Positions 43,944-55,565 are shown, numbered from the stretch's first letter. The stretch: DNA of 64,000 nt from Epithemia pelagica (GCA_946965045.2 OX337228.1:5766001-5830000), one strand, 5' to 3'. Translations and numbers: made by a program. The notes: generated by a model from the sequence alone, not told the origin.

Positions 43944-46900
43944 ATGAGTGATCTCTCACCCGAACAACACCGAGTGAATCTGAATGGAGCAACGACATGG
44001 AGGGGAAAGACTAAAGAACAGTCATCTTTGGACGACGACGCCAGAGACAAGTCGACATTCAGTGCCTCACAGAACATGGCAGCAGCTCCTCCGGACGAAT
44101 GTTCGTCGTCGCCCATATCGTCGTATCGACTCAATCGATTCAACCAGTTGACAAAAAGGGATCACACGAACAAAAACCTCCCGAGAGGCGGTATGAACCA
44201 TGAAAGAGATGGAATGGATGAGGATGAGAAAAAACTAGATGATCACAGCAGCAATACTATTCTGCATCGCAATGCTCATGGTGATGCTCGGCCGAGTGGA
44301 TATGAGGTTGGCTCCTCGTATAACGTACCTTCTCGAGACAACTACAATGGAAATGGAGATGAATCGAATGTGAAGGACTGTTCGTCTTCGTGTTCCACAG
44401 AACCTGCCTCTCCTTCACGGACCATTGGAGGGGGTGGTACACGGACTCGTCGACTGATGCGCCGACACAAACTCAGTCCACAACGCTTTTTGAACCATTC
44501 CAGTTCCACCAGCACCAGTCAGTTAGAGCATATACCTACACTGGATGGAAAAGTGCATCCGGCAGGGGATCCGGTGCATAGACGAGTACCAAGGGAGGAT
44601 GAGGCTCACGATCACGGTGAGGCCGATGTCGGACACTGGTTGGAAACGAAACCACAACACTACAATTTAACCTCCGAGAAACAAAATTCCCAGACATCAA
44701 ACAGACCAGAGGATCGATATTACCGTGTTTGCTATCGTGGTGTTGTCGCTCTTTTAACCGAGCCTCATGCCAATGCGGAACGGAGCGGTACATATCTTGG
44801 TTACGGAGAAATATTCTCCTCTGGTTGGGAAGGCCACACTGCTGCGTACGAAAGTGAGAATCATAAAACCATCTTGCGAGCAGAACCGGCGTTGTCCATG
44901 ATGAGAAATGACCCCAATACGGATGCCAGTCAACGACGGACAATGAACATACTGGATAGTCGAGTGCAGTTATCCAGAGGGGTTATTGATTCACCACCTC
45001 GGTCGGTTATTTCTCATCATACCACTGGGTCCATCTCTTCGCTGGATACCTTTCATACACGGTCTACAGTTTCCCAGGCTGGATCCAAAGAACAACTGGC
45101 GCAACGAACAACATCCACTCCACCTCTCTCTCCAACTGAGAGCCACGTTTCCACTTTGTTGGAAAATCATGTACCGAACCAAAACAATGACGACGACCCA
45201 ACGACATTCGAAGGACTCAACAAAGCGATCCGAGTTGATCGGATTTTGACAGGAGGCTATGCTATGGATGGTTTGGGAGGATTGCACCACACGTCCATTT
45301 CCGGTGGTCACAATGAAAGCAGTGCGGAAGAAGTCCTGATGCACACCCCAAAGAGACCATCGGCAGATAAATCGTCTTCCGCGCTCGGCTTTTTGTTCAT
45401 GAGACGAGGTACAGAGCAAATCGTTGAAATGATGGATCATGTCCCACAATTAGAAGAAGGTCATTTCCAATATCGTGTCGTATCATCAACTCCATTACCA
45501 ATCTATGCAGGGCCTTCTGTGGATGCTCCTCGAATAAAGGCAATGGCACTCCCTGGTACCATTCATGATGTATCCTTGAGACTCCGCTTTGACGACCGTT
45601 CCACTGGGATCACTAGAGAGGACAACAACGACGCCCAAGATGTGTGGTTCCTACGTCTAAGTCATCGTCGAGGGTGGGTGTTGGACAAAAAGAAGGTTCG
45701 GAAGGACATGTCGGAACGATGGGTAAGGGTCATGAAAGAAATTTTGAACTCGGATGATGGGGTGAGTGTTGCAGATGATGTATCAGCCGTTTCGTCGGTA
45801 GCATCGTCCTCCGCCATGACACCCACGGCAGCAGGAGCACGAAGGAGACATCGACCACCGCGGAAACGGAGAGATGCTGGCTCGGTCGCGACATCAAAAG
45901 ACCATCATCGACTCGAAAAGGGAGTTCGCCCATTGGTTCAACCTGGCTTGAGCACTCCTGTTAAATCTACTTCAAGGAGCATGGAACAACGTACCATGAC
46001 ACCTTCTTCTGCCGTCTCCATATTATCAGATGATTCTTCGGCTGACCGCAGTGGCCATGTTCGTAATGGAAGTGTCCCCACGTCTCCTGATTTTTCAATG
46101 ACAAGCACAATCGCAAGCAACGCCTCCTGTTTGGAAACAGCAAACAGTTCGAAACAATTTTTCTTGATCCGAGTCACGGCCCCACGTGGTCTTAAAATTC
46201 TGGATACCCCTCAGTTCCAGGTAAACCATCTTATTCGAGGAAAGACAGCTTCCTCATCTCAACACATGGCAGGAAAGCCTCCAGATCGATCGTCCGCGGC
46301 GTCTCGACACTCAATTTTTCATTCCATGTCCAGCCGACTTGGAACAGTAGGCGTTGTGTCGTCCAAGTCCAGCAGTTCAGCAGGGAGTGGTCCCAACTCA
46401 AACACAAGAGTTTTGCCCTGTGGAACGCTCTTCGAGGCCTCGAAGCCCATGGAAAGCCCAGGTTTGTATAGCCAAGCAGCAGGGCTCATCAAGCTATCCG
46501 ATGGTAGTGGCTGGGCTGTTGTCCCGAAAAAAGAAGATGTAGCACAACAATATCGGTCATATTCCGACGCCGGTGCAAAAGGAAAGGAAGTCTATTCTTC
46601 GCACGACGAGGTTGGACATGCCATCGTCGAGTCGTTGCCCCTGCTTGCGTTGGATTCTTCTGCCAGTCGCTCAATTTCAAGGACCAAATGGGTTCGTGTG
46701 GTATCTAGGACTGGTGTTGTCGTTTCCTGTCCACCACCCTTTCCCCGTACTGATGAGCGTTCCCCGCCTTCATCGACAAAAGAATCACCGGCAGCTAGTC
46801 CAACGAATCCTGGTCAGGATTCCGACGTGACGTCATCGGTTGCAAGCACTTTTGTGGATTCCTTGATGTTTCGAACTCCGAAAAAGAAAGGAGCCTCGGA

Positions 46901-47855
46901 TTCCTCTAGTGCACATGAACGGAATCACGCCCTGGCGAGCTCGGAACGGCATATGATTGCATCAACGATTCCATGTGGGATGTGTATCGAAGTTGAGAGG
47001 TACGCCGAGGAACGGCCCGCAGAATTTGTTCGACTTGTTGGTGGGCAAGGATGGGTCCCATTAGATAGTACTGGAAAAGAAGGCTGTTGTGAAACGTTTA
47101 CTCCAGACTTTCGATTTGGATCATTTTGGTTTCGAGTTCAATCGCCTCGAGGCATCAAGGTCAGATTAGGGCCTTCTAGGAAAGCCCCTTCAATCAGATC
47201 TGAAGATGGTATTCATTTCAGATTCGAATGCGGAGAATTCCTACGGGCTTCCGAAGTGATGACTGTTTACTCGACCCAAGGCAAGAAAGGCAAACCTGTG
47301 GAATCGTTTGCTAAGTTGTACAGAAATCGACACGTTCGACTACATGAAGGACACGAAGAATATCGCTCGCTCCAAAGTTTGTCAGCGCAATCAGAGTGGG
47401 TCCAGTTGTACGGCGACGAAGAATGGATGTTGGAGCAATGCAAGTTGGACCCTCGGATTGAGCGCCACAAACAAGGATGGCGGTATAAAGTGGTAGCTGA
47501 CGAAGGTGTATCTGTTCGAAGGGGTCCGTCCCTCTCAGCTGAGACTGTGGGATCAAAGCTACCAAAAGATTCATCTATTGTCATCACTGAACGTGTGTCG
47601 CCTGCGGGAGAAAGATTAACGTGGTTGCGAATGAAAAGCGGAGAAGGATGGCTTCATGACGTTGACGACCTCATGAAACCGCTTTTGGTTGAACAGGAAC
47701 AATCTCAAGTGAACCATCAAGGTGATTCTACCCATCCGACAAACTCCACGAAGAAGGCAGAAGATATAACGTACAATGCCATCATATCACGGCTATTCCC
47801 AAGCGATGCACCGAAGGCCGACTCACAACTACATCGCATCGTGAAAGGCCATTGA
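43944..47855 (+). CDS. Large uncharacterised protein with about six SH3b-like modules
   Basis: 1303-aa ORF; repeated (Y/F)RV...(I/V)..GPS...G...W.RL..G.GW pattern separated by Ser-rich linkers. Confidence 0.85.
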   Translation: MSDLSPEQHRVNLNGATTWRGKTKEQSSLDDDARDKSTFSASQNMAAAPPDECSSSPISSYRLNRFNQLTKRDHTNKNLPRGGMNHERDGMDEDEKKLDDHSSNTILHRNAHGDARPSGYEVGSSYNVPSRDNYNGNGDESNVKDCSSSCSTEPASPSRTIGGGGTRTRRLMRRHKLSPQRFLNHSSSTSTSQLEHIPTLDGKVHPAGDPVHRRVPREDEAHDHGEADVGHWLETKPQHYNLTSEKQNSQTSNRPEDRYYRVCYRGVVALLTEPHANAERSGTYLGYGEIFSSGWEGHTAAYESENHKTILRAEPALSMMRNDPNTDASQRRTMNILDSRVQLSRGVIDSPPRSVISHHTTGSISSLDTFHTRSTVSQAGSKEQLAQRTTSTPPLSPTESHVSTLLENHVPNQNNDDDPTTFEGLNKAIRVDRILTGGYAMDGLGGLHHTSISGGHNESSAEEVLMHTPKRPSADKSSSALGFLFMRRGTEQIVEMMDHVPQLEEGHFQYRVVSSTPLPIYAGPSVDAPRIKAMALPGTIHDVSLRLRFDDRSTGITREDNNDAQDVWFLRLSHRRGWVLDKKKVRKDMSERWVRVMKEILNSDDGVSVADDVSAVSSVASSSAMTPTAAGARRRHRPPRKRRDAGSVATSKDHHRLEKGVRPLVQPGLSTPVKSTSRSMEQRTMTPSSAVSILSDDSSADRSGHVRNGSVPTSPDFSMTSTIASNASCLETANSSKQFFLIRVTAPRGLKILDTPQFQVNHLIRGKTASSSQHMAGKPPDRSSAASRHSIFHSMSSRLGTVGVVSSKSSSSAGSGPNSNTRVLPCGTLFEASKPMESPGLYSQAAGLIKLSDGSGWAVVPKKEDVAQQYRSYSDAGAKGKEVYSSHDEVGHAIVESLPLLALDSSASRSISRTKWVRVVSRTGVVVSCPPPFPRTDERSPPSSTKESPAASPTNPGQDSDVTSSVASTFVDSLMFRTPKKKGASDSSSAHERNHALASSERHMIASTIPCGMCIEVERYAEERPAEFVRLVGGQGWVPLDSTGKEGCCETFTPDFRFGSFWFRVQSPRGIKVRLGPSRKAPSIRSEDGIHFRFECGEFLRASEVMTVYSTQGKKGKPVESFAKLYRNRHVRLHEGHEEYRSLQSLSAQSEWVQLYGDEEWMLEQCKLDPRIERHKQGWRYKVVADEGVSVRRGPSLSAETVGSKLPKDSSIVITERVSPAGERLTWLRMKSGEGWLHDVDDLMKPLLVEQEQSQVNHQGDSTHPTNSTKKAEDITYNAIISRLFPSDAPKADSQLHRIVKGH

Positions 47856-47930
47856 TTTTAATACAATATTTTTTAATACAATAGAGACTGAGTTCAAAGC
47901 CAGCCAACTACGTGTTTGAATGAAAGCTTT

Positions 47931-49475
47931 TCAAACATTGAATCGAAACAAAATAACATCGCCTTCTTGGACGACATAGTCTTTCCCTTCGCTTCGTAGC
48001 AAACCTTTACTCTTGGCTGCCGCCTCCGAGCCGCACTCCACCAATTGCTCATACGAGACGGTTTCAGCTCGAATGAATCCACGTTCAAAGTCGTTGTGGA
48101 TGACGCCAGCAGCCTTTGGTGCTGTCCAACCTTTGCGGATTGTCCATGCTCTACTCTCAGTTGGTCCTGACGTGTAGTATGTCTGTAGTCCCAGCAAATC
48201 ATAAGCAGTTTTTACAAGTTTTCGAAGACCAGTATCCTCCAATGAAACTCCAAGAGATTCAAGAAACTCTCTTCTCGATTCATCGTCAAGCTCCACTAGC
48301 TCAGCTTCAACTTGTGCAGAGACAACGACAACTCTTGCTCCCTCCTTTTCAGCCATCTCTCGTAGCCGGTCAACCATCTCATTTCCATCAGCAAGATCGC
48401 TGTCACCAACATTTGCTGCATAAATCATTTTCTTTGCGGTCAACAGACCGAAAGATTTGATTGCTTGCTCTTCCTCCTCTGAAAACTCGGCACTTCTTGC
48501 AGGCTTATCTTGAAGAAGCACCGCTTGTGCTTTCTCAAGAGCAGACTTCTCGTCTGGATCAGCTTTTCGATCTTTCTTTAACCTCTCCAATCGCTTTTCG
48601 ACCTGGGCGAGATCTGCAAATGCCAACTCTAAATTGATCAACTCTGCATCTCGTACAGGGTCTACAGATCCATCAACCTGTACATCAAAGCTACCCATCA
48701 GCGATGTACAACACATTCTACATCTCTAAGAAACAAGAGAAACTTACATGGATGACATCTTCGTCCTCGAAGCATCGTACCTGTCAACGAAACCATAACA
48801 GAGAATTAGACTTCCGCAAGTCTCCGACTCCAACCGAAACAACCATTTCGACGTACCACATGCACCATCGCGTCGCACTGCAAACAAAAGAAGTGGGCCA
48901 GAATAAGACAACAGAGATCCAAGTCGACTCCACGAGCTTCAGTTGCTTCGAACGTACCTGTCGAATAGTTGCGAGAAATTCATTCCCAAGTCCTTCGCCT
49001 GTCGAAGCCCCTTTAATCAAACCTGCAACGTCCACAAATTCCAGTGTGGCTGGGACAGTTTTCTCCGACTTGTTCAAATCACTGAGGACCGCCAGCTTTT
49101 CATCTGGAACGGACACAATACCCTTGTTTGGCTCAATAGTACCTGATCAAGTTTCGAATCAATATAACGACGTGAGACACATTAGTTTGGCTCTGAGTGG
49201 TCGTATAAGTACCTACAGAACGGATAGTTTGCTGCCTCAGCCCCTTGTGTCTCTGTTAGTGCATTGAAAAGAGTAGATTTTCCCACATTGGGTAGACCCA
49301 CAATAGCCGTCTGAAGCTTCATGTACAAGGCGGTAGAGTGATACGACTGACGACGCGAGAAGCCGACCTTTGACCCAGTAAATGAAGACCCGTAACGAGA
49401 GAAGGCCAAGGCACCTGTCGACGAAGACATCAGAAGGACAGTAAGCATGTTAAAGAGCACGGTGAATAGAAGCAT
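47931..49475 (-). CDS. ychF: Obg-family ATPase YchF/OLA1, plastid-type presequence, 5 exons
   Basis: Exons 49475-49217, 49142-48958, 48877-48857, 48780-48748, 48677-47931. [71 protein letters not shown]; signal ending ALA/FS. Confidence 0.95.
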
Positions 49476-49737
49476 AACCACCCGCTTTTCTTCGAAATAT
49501 CAAGCATGTATTATTAGAGCCGATTATCCAAGCGACCGTCTCCTGGGATTGTGACAAAGGGATAACATGATGCATGATTCAGGCTGTGGTTGTCGGTTGT
49601 CGGATAAGCGTCATTCGGAAGGTCGACGGACGAAAAGTGCCCGCCGCCCCTTTCTTTCAGGCCCTTCAAATTTGCGCCTTGCCTTTGTGGAATTCGTGAC
49701 TCCAGATCCGTTCGTGTTTCGATCTCCTTCGATCACA

Positions 49738-50529
49738 ATGCACCACACAAGCGGCCCAAACGAGAAATCGGAGGCAACCAAACACCAAAAGATGGACGGC
49801 GGATATCCAGGCTTGAAGCAAGGAGAAGTTTCAACGGGAACAACGATAGTTGCAATCCCTACTCCAGATGGAGTTGTCCTCGGAGCTGATTGCCGTGTAT
49901 CAACTGGTATCTACGCCGTCAACAGAACGGCCGACAAGATTTCTCAGCTCTCCGAGCATATCTTTTGCGGTCGTAGTGGATCTGCTGCTGATTTACAAGC
50001 ATTGACCGAATATGTTAGATTTTATTTGCAGCAGCTACGGTATGTAAACTGATGGGCGTGCCTGAGCTCCTGTTTGCAAAGAATAAGAGACTAACCTTGC
50101 CTACGTCTACGTGACCCCTACAGAGTGGAGACTGGCCGTGAACCTACAGTGAAAACGGCAGCTCACTTGATGAGACGATTGTGTTACGACAATAAAGATC
50201 GTTTGATGGCTGGTGTGATTGTCGCAGGTTGGGATCCTGTTGACGGTCATTCGGTTTATACCATAGCTTTGGGTGGTACTTGCCTGAAAGTTCCTTTTTC
50301 CATCTCGGGATCCGGTAGTTCCTACATCTACGGTTTAATCGATTCCGAGTTCCGTACGGATATGACCATTGAAGAAGGACGAACACTGGTAAAGAAATTA
50401 CTTTCACATGCCATGGCACGAGACGGTAGCTCTGGCGGAAGTATGCGCACTGTAACCATCACACCTACATCCAATGAACGCGACTACACTCCTGGCAATC
50501 AACTCCCATTTGGCCCAACCGGATATTGA
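49738..50529 (+). CDS. PSMB6: 20S proteasome subunit beta-1, 2 exons
   Basis: Propeptide then EVSTG/TTIVA (catalytic Thr), ADKISQL, RSGSAAD; intron 50040-50123; GSGSSYIYG, AMARDGSSGG. Start could be 49792. Confidence 0.95.
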
Positions 50530-50572
50530 GAATTCACTTTAATGGGCAAAGGAATCATCTACCTACCGTAGT

Positions 50573-51955
50573 CTATATTTGATTAGGTTCTCTATCTTTT
50601 TTGCCCTCTATCCAGCCTGCTAATGGACCCTTAGAGAAAACGACCTCTCGCACCTTTCGATGAAGGGAAGAAGTAAGCTTATATTTCCAACTCTCATATG
50701 ATGCACTCGATTTCTCTTCGATGGAACGAGAAGCAAGGAGACGGATCTGATTTCGAGACAATCTAGATTCCATATTCCTATGTTCATCTTCCGTTCTTGG
50801 CTTTTTACCCTGACGTGTCCCTCGGGCACCCACCGTTACTTCTATGCTTTCATCAAGACACATCCAATTAGTAGAAACCCCGCAAGAAGGAAACAAAACT
50901 CCTTTCTCTCCTCTTTTGCGCTTTCTTGTTTCGGGTGAACGCAAACGCTCCTTTTCCATTGCTGCCTTTCCAAATGTCGAATCTTCGCTGCTAAGAACGG
51001 CGACCGATGGCAATGAGATATCTTTTCCGAACTGAACGATTGCTTCATCAGAACTTTCTGTCAAAGCAACGCAGACACCCGAAATGCGACGAACAAGTGA
51101 GCGATCCAGCGCTCCCAATTGTTTGGAAGCGTCGTGATTTCGTGGATCCTTTCCAACGACACAACTACGAAAACGAATTGGTCTTGGAATCAATCGTGAA
51201 AGCTGGCTCCCCTGTAACCCAAAGATGCTCCACCGAACCAGTTTATCGCTGCACGACATACTGGTTGACCTCTTTGTTAATTGTAAATTTGATCGTCCAG
51301 ACTTGGTTCGTAGCATTCCATGGAATTGAGTAGATGTTTCTCTGAAAACTTGGCTATCTGTGATCTGTTGGAGATGGTTGTAGTTTTCTGGAAGATTTGC
51401 AGAACGAATCAACTTCGCCCCAGTGAATTGTTCACAGCCTTCAGCATTTGCCGATGTATCCAGCTCATATATCGATGCATCCCCACAGGGTGAATCACTG
51501 ATGTATAGGTGAAGGCCAACGCCTTCCCTTAATGAATAAGAAGGCGGATTGTCTTCAACTCTTTCTAGAAGCATGTCTTTTGTTGTCTCCCTGGATGTCG
51601 AACGATTAGAAGAGTCTTGGATATCTGCCGTCCTTTTTTCTAGATCTGGGGGAGTCGCATGACTGGACAAGTTCTGGATCTCTTTCCATAAAACTCTCAC
51701 TAAGCCCCTTCGAGCTAGAACTTCCGCATGCGAATCATGGAGTACGGAGGATGAATCCCAATGATTCGGGCGAACAGCCGTGCACTTGGTTCCTGTCGCT
51801 GAACTCACAACCCAACAACGCGCTGTGGAGTCAGTGGCCACCACGGCGGCAAACACCGTCCATTCTTTACAATTCTCTCTCGTCGTAGGCTTTCCATGGG
51901 CAGGTAAGACATGTTTGTAGTGACGTAGAGCTGTGGCGACGATGCGCTCCTCCAT
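50573..51955 (-). CDS. ADAT1: tRNA-specific adenosine deaminase 1 (ADAR-type deaminase domain, no dsRBD)
   Basis: GKP..EWT, GTKC, LHDSHAEVLARRG, LYISDSPCGDASI, LRTKSGR, SMSCSDKLVRW. Confidence 0.88.
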   Translation of the reverse strand: MEERIVATALRHYKHVLPAHGKPTTRENCKEWTVFAAVVATDSTARCWVVSSATGTKCTAVRPNHWDSSSVLHDSHAEVLARRGLVRVLWKEIQNLSSHATPPDLEKRTADIQDSSNRSTSRETTKDMLLERVEDNPPSYSLREGVGLHLYISDSPCGDASIYELDTSANAEGCEQFTGAKLIRSANLPENYNHLQQITDSQVFRETSTQFHGMLRTKSGRSNLQLTKRSTSMSCSDKLVRWSIFGLQGSQLSRLIPRPIRFRSCVVGKDPRNHDASKQLGALDRSLVRRISGVCVALTESSDEAIVQFGKDISLPSVAVLSSEDSTFGKAAMEKERLRSPETRKRKRGEKGVLFPSCGVSTNWMCLDESIEVTVGARGTRQGKKPRTEDEHRNMESRLSRNQIRLLASRSIEEKSSASYESWKYKLTSSLHRKVREVVFSKGPLAGWIEGKKDREPNQI

Positions 51956-52805
51956 GGTTTGTACCACCTTACTCTACTCTCTCCATCTTCTTTTGATGGA
52001 TGTGAAGATTGTGAAGCGGTCGCAGTTTGGATGAGATGTCTTCAGTCGCATCATCCCGATCAACAACCTATCAGGTGAATCTTTCTAATACTTCTTTATT
52101 TATAAACGGGAGAGAGTTTTATCGCTCTAGAGAGTTGTTAGTCGATTTACGAGTCGTCGTGCTGTATTTTTTTCATGACGGCTTTTTGGTGTGCGGTGTG
52201 CGCAAGGACATCATCCGGGACTCTTCGTGGCACCATCGAAAAAACATTCGAGTTTCAAACCTGCAGAACTTGTCTTGTTTTTGGTGACCCCGTGACCGGT
52301 AGTGTTGTGTGCCCCAACTGTCACACAACGCATCCTTCACAATCGCCAACTGAAAAAATTCACACACCAACTCAAACAGCAATCTACTTTATCACTTGTT
52401 CATTGAAAGGTAAGCCATATCAACACAATATCATGAGAAGAGATATGATTGAGTTCAGAGAAATCAATTGGAAGGGAAAATGAACTGGTTGGCCCTCCAG
52501 AAAGGATTCAATTCCCTTTTTTTCGCTGCTTCAAGGAATTCAGCAGAAGTACACGCGATCGTGTTTGGACTTTGGACTAATACCAGGAGATATTTGATGA
52601 GCACGATTGCAGATCTTCTTCGTTTACATTTCAGTTTCGTTTCCTGTTCAATGAACCTTCAGAGAAGCTCGTTCTTCTTGCTTCATCCTTGATCATAGCG
52701 TGTGCACGACATGTTGTTCGCATTCCCAACTCCTTTTGCTCTCTCCGAGCAATTTCATTTTTCCTCATTTACGCTCTTTTTCATCTCATATTGACCTACA
52801 GATAG

Positions 52806-53219
<414 letters not shown>

Positions 53220-53603
53220 ATGCTCAAAGGAGGGGGGAAGAACGTGGCGCGGAAGCCACTTGTCACAAGTGTGTGCTAGCATTGAAGCTAGAGCTTAACC
53301 ATTGAGATAGTCGTGACCTATTTGTATTACTGATTGGTTCATGTTCCATGTCCCTATCCGTAGTTGGCTTCTCATTTATTCGGGCCTCTGCCAGGAATCT
53401 CAGATGCCATTCTCTTTTCATCATCTATCGAATAGTTGATCACAGACTACTTGTCGTAAATTCTATCCCGGTCTTAGATGTTTCTTCTCCGTTTACAGAC
53501 GGTTTGATACCATAAAGCAAACCTGAGAGTACTTTTGGCAACGAAATTAGCGCAGGTGTATTCAATGAGTTGATGTAGCTGCGATCCATTTAGCTTACGT
53601 TCC

Positions 53604-55307
53604 CTAGGCGACCTCTGCTTCGTCGATTTTGAATCTTTCATCATGATCGTTGTATCCGTTCTCTTGATCATCTGGTGGTTCGTCTTCATCATCCATAGCT
53701 GATGGGACAACGCCACTGAGTTCCAGCTCTGTCTCCCCATCTTCTCCTCCACTCGCGGGTAGCTCCATGACATAAGCATATTCCCGTGCACTGGGATTCG
53801 GTCGCCACAGATAGGCAATACCAATGAGGACCAGCACATAGTTAACTTCAAACGCGGCTTCCACAACCCAAACGTGCTCTTCTTGAACAATGCCGTCTTC
53901 GTCATAACTGTCAACCAGTTGGAAAACAACCCATATCGTAGCAAAAAGAATCGCAAACAATAGGACCGATCGAAGACTGAGATATCGCTGTAACTTGCGC
54001 AACTGGCTCATGTTTTCAAGATATTGCATTGTCCCATTCAAGGCGTCAAGTATCCATAAGATAAATATAACATCAATGGCCGCCTCGACGAATGTAAGAA
54101 AGGTGACAATGTCGAAGATTTCAGTTTCTTCTTCATAGGAAAGCTTTGTGATATCTTCTCTGTAAAAGTCTTCCATGAGTTCCCGAAAGGATGACACACC
54201 AATATAGGAGGCCCCCAAAATGACAATGGAATTCATTGTAGATCCCAGCGAATCTCGAATCACACCCCATCCCAGTGAAACCATGACCATGAGGACTCTG
54301 CTGACGCCACGTTTCAGCACCCCTACAATAACACCCGAGTAATCCAGAAACATGGGGCGATGACCACTCAAATTCCAAATAAAATAAAATCCTGTGCACA
54401 AAAACATCTCAACCAGGCCCATACCAATTGTCATGAGAATCCACTTCTCAATCGGGATGCGGCTTTCTTTGTTCATGGACATGAGTACGCAATACCAAAT
54501 TAACACACCAACATAGACAATCGTCATGACGGTATAAAAGTACATGAAACCAAACATTTCGCCCGGCAAGTAACCATGCGTAGATTTCCAGATTGAATGT
54601 CCCTTTACGAGAATATCTCGTCCGTCCGGATCACAATTGGATAGCAAAACGACATATCGACCCGACTCTTTTTGTTCAAACTTTCCATATGTCAGTTTCA
54701 TCGTGACGGGGCCCGTCAAGGGAATATTGATGGAGCGTCTTTCCCCCAGATACTTTGTCCCCGTCGAATTGTCCTCTTGAAATATCAAACGCCCCTTTTG
54801 AGCATCGGAACACATGCCCAATTCAATGGCATCTTCCGAACAACACCATCGCGACGCGTCGCCTTTTTTGGCACCCACTCCCAACTGCGTCCAATCGCAT
54901 CCGCTCTTTTTCTTGGCACATTTGTCGGGTTCTTTAAAGATTGCAACGTCCACATAATAAAAATCTTCATCCAATTGGCGAGTGTCCTTGCTTCCAGTTA
55001 TCATGACGGTGTTGGAAATCCCCTCAAGATCACCGTCGTTTTGTTGAGAAAGCAATCGAGGAGGTTCATCATTGGAATCAATCAAGTCGTCGTCTCCTAA
55101 TCCAATGTAAGATTCTGAGAGGGCTTCAAATACGAGGGAATCAAGATCGATGTAGCCAGGTGCTCGAAGGAAGCCGTCCGTAAAATGGATGAATTGATCT
55201 GTCGGCTCCAACAGGAGGTCAAACGGACGGATCTCTCCAGTAATGGGCACAAGTGTGGCGAGAAGGAGCACGAGGCTCCACGATAACCGTGGGCAGAATC
55301 TCATCAT
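53604..55307 (-). CDS. TMEM87/GPR107 (lung seven-TM, GOST) family protein
   Basis: Signal peptide, luminal domain with WCC...GRLI, then GYLPG, seven TM segments, KRGVSRVLMVMVSLGWGVIR, LWRPNP. Confidence 0.88.
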   Translation of the reverse strand: MMRFCPRLSWSLVLLLATLVPITGEIRPFDLLLEPTDQFIHFTDGFLRAPGYIDLDSLVFEALSESYIGLGDDDLIDSNDEPPRLLSQQNDGDLEGISNTVMITGSKDTRQLDEDFYYVDVAIFKEPDKCAKKKSGCDWTQLGVGAKKGDASRWCCSEDAIELGMCSDAQKGRLIFQEDNSTGTKYLGERRSINIPLTGPVTMKLTYGKFEQKESGRYVVLLSNCDPDGRDILVKGHSIWKSTHGYLPGEMFGFMYFYTVMTIVYVGVLIWYCVLMSMNKESRIPIEKWILMTIGMGLVEMFLCTGFYFIWNLSGHRPMFLDYSGVIVGVLKRGVSRVLMVMVSLGWGVIRDSLGSTMNSIVILGASYIGVSSFRELMEDFYREDITKLSYEEETEIFDIVTFLTFVEAAIDVIFILWILDALNGTMQYLENMSQLRKLQRYLSLRSVLLFAILFATIWVVFQLVDSYDEDGIVQEEHVWVVEAAFEVNYVLVLIGIAYLWRPNPSAREYAYVMELPASGGEDGETELELSGVVPSAMDDEDEPPDDQENGYNDHDERFKIDEAEVA

Positions 55308-55557
55308 TCTCTATTCATGCGCGTGTTCAGAGAGTCAGGGTCAGCGCGTCGCAACAGAGTTTGCTTCTGTGGCTCGTTCTTCTTGCTGAGATCGAATAGT
55401 CTTTGTCTTTTGATCCCACCCGTTCGGCATGCACGAGTCCGGGTGCTTTGTGCTTTGTCAACAAGAATCTCGAAATCTCCATCAAATGACCCCACTTCTT
55501 GAGCGAGTCTGATGCGACCACTTTTGGAAATGGCGCACTCATCTTTGAAACTGGCTC

Positions 55558-55565
55558 GCGCGAAA
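55558..55565 (-). promoter_or_regulatory. Candidate E2F site (TTTCGCGC) upstream of Pol delta
   Basis: Perfect TTTSSCGC consensus about 150 bp upstream of the POLD1 ATG; single short motif. Confidence 0.4.
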
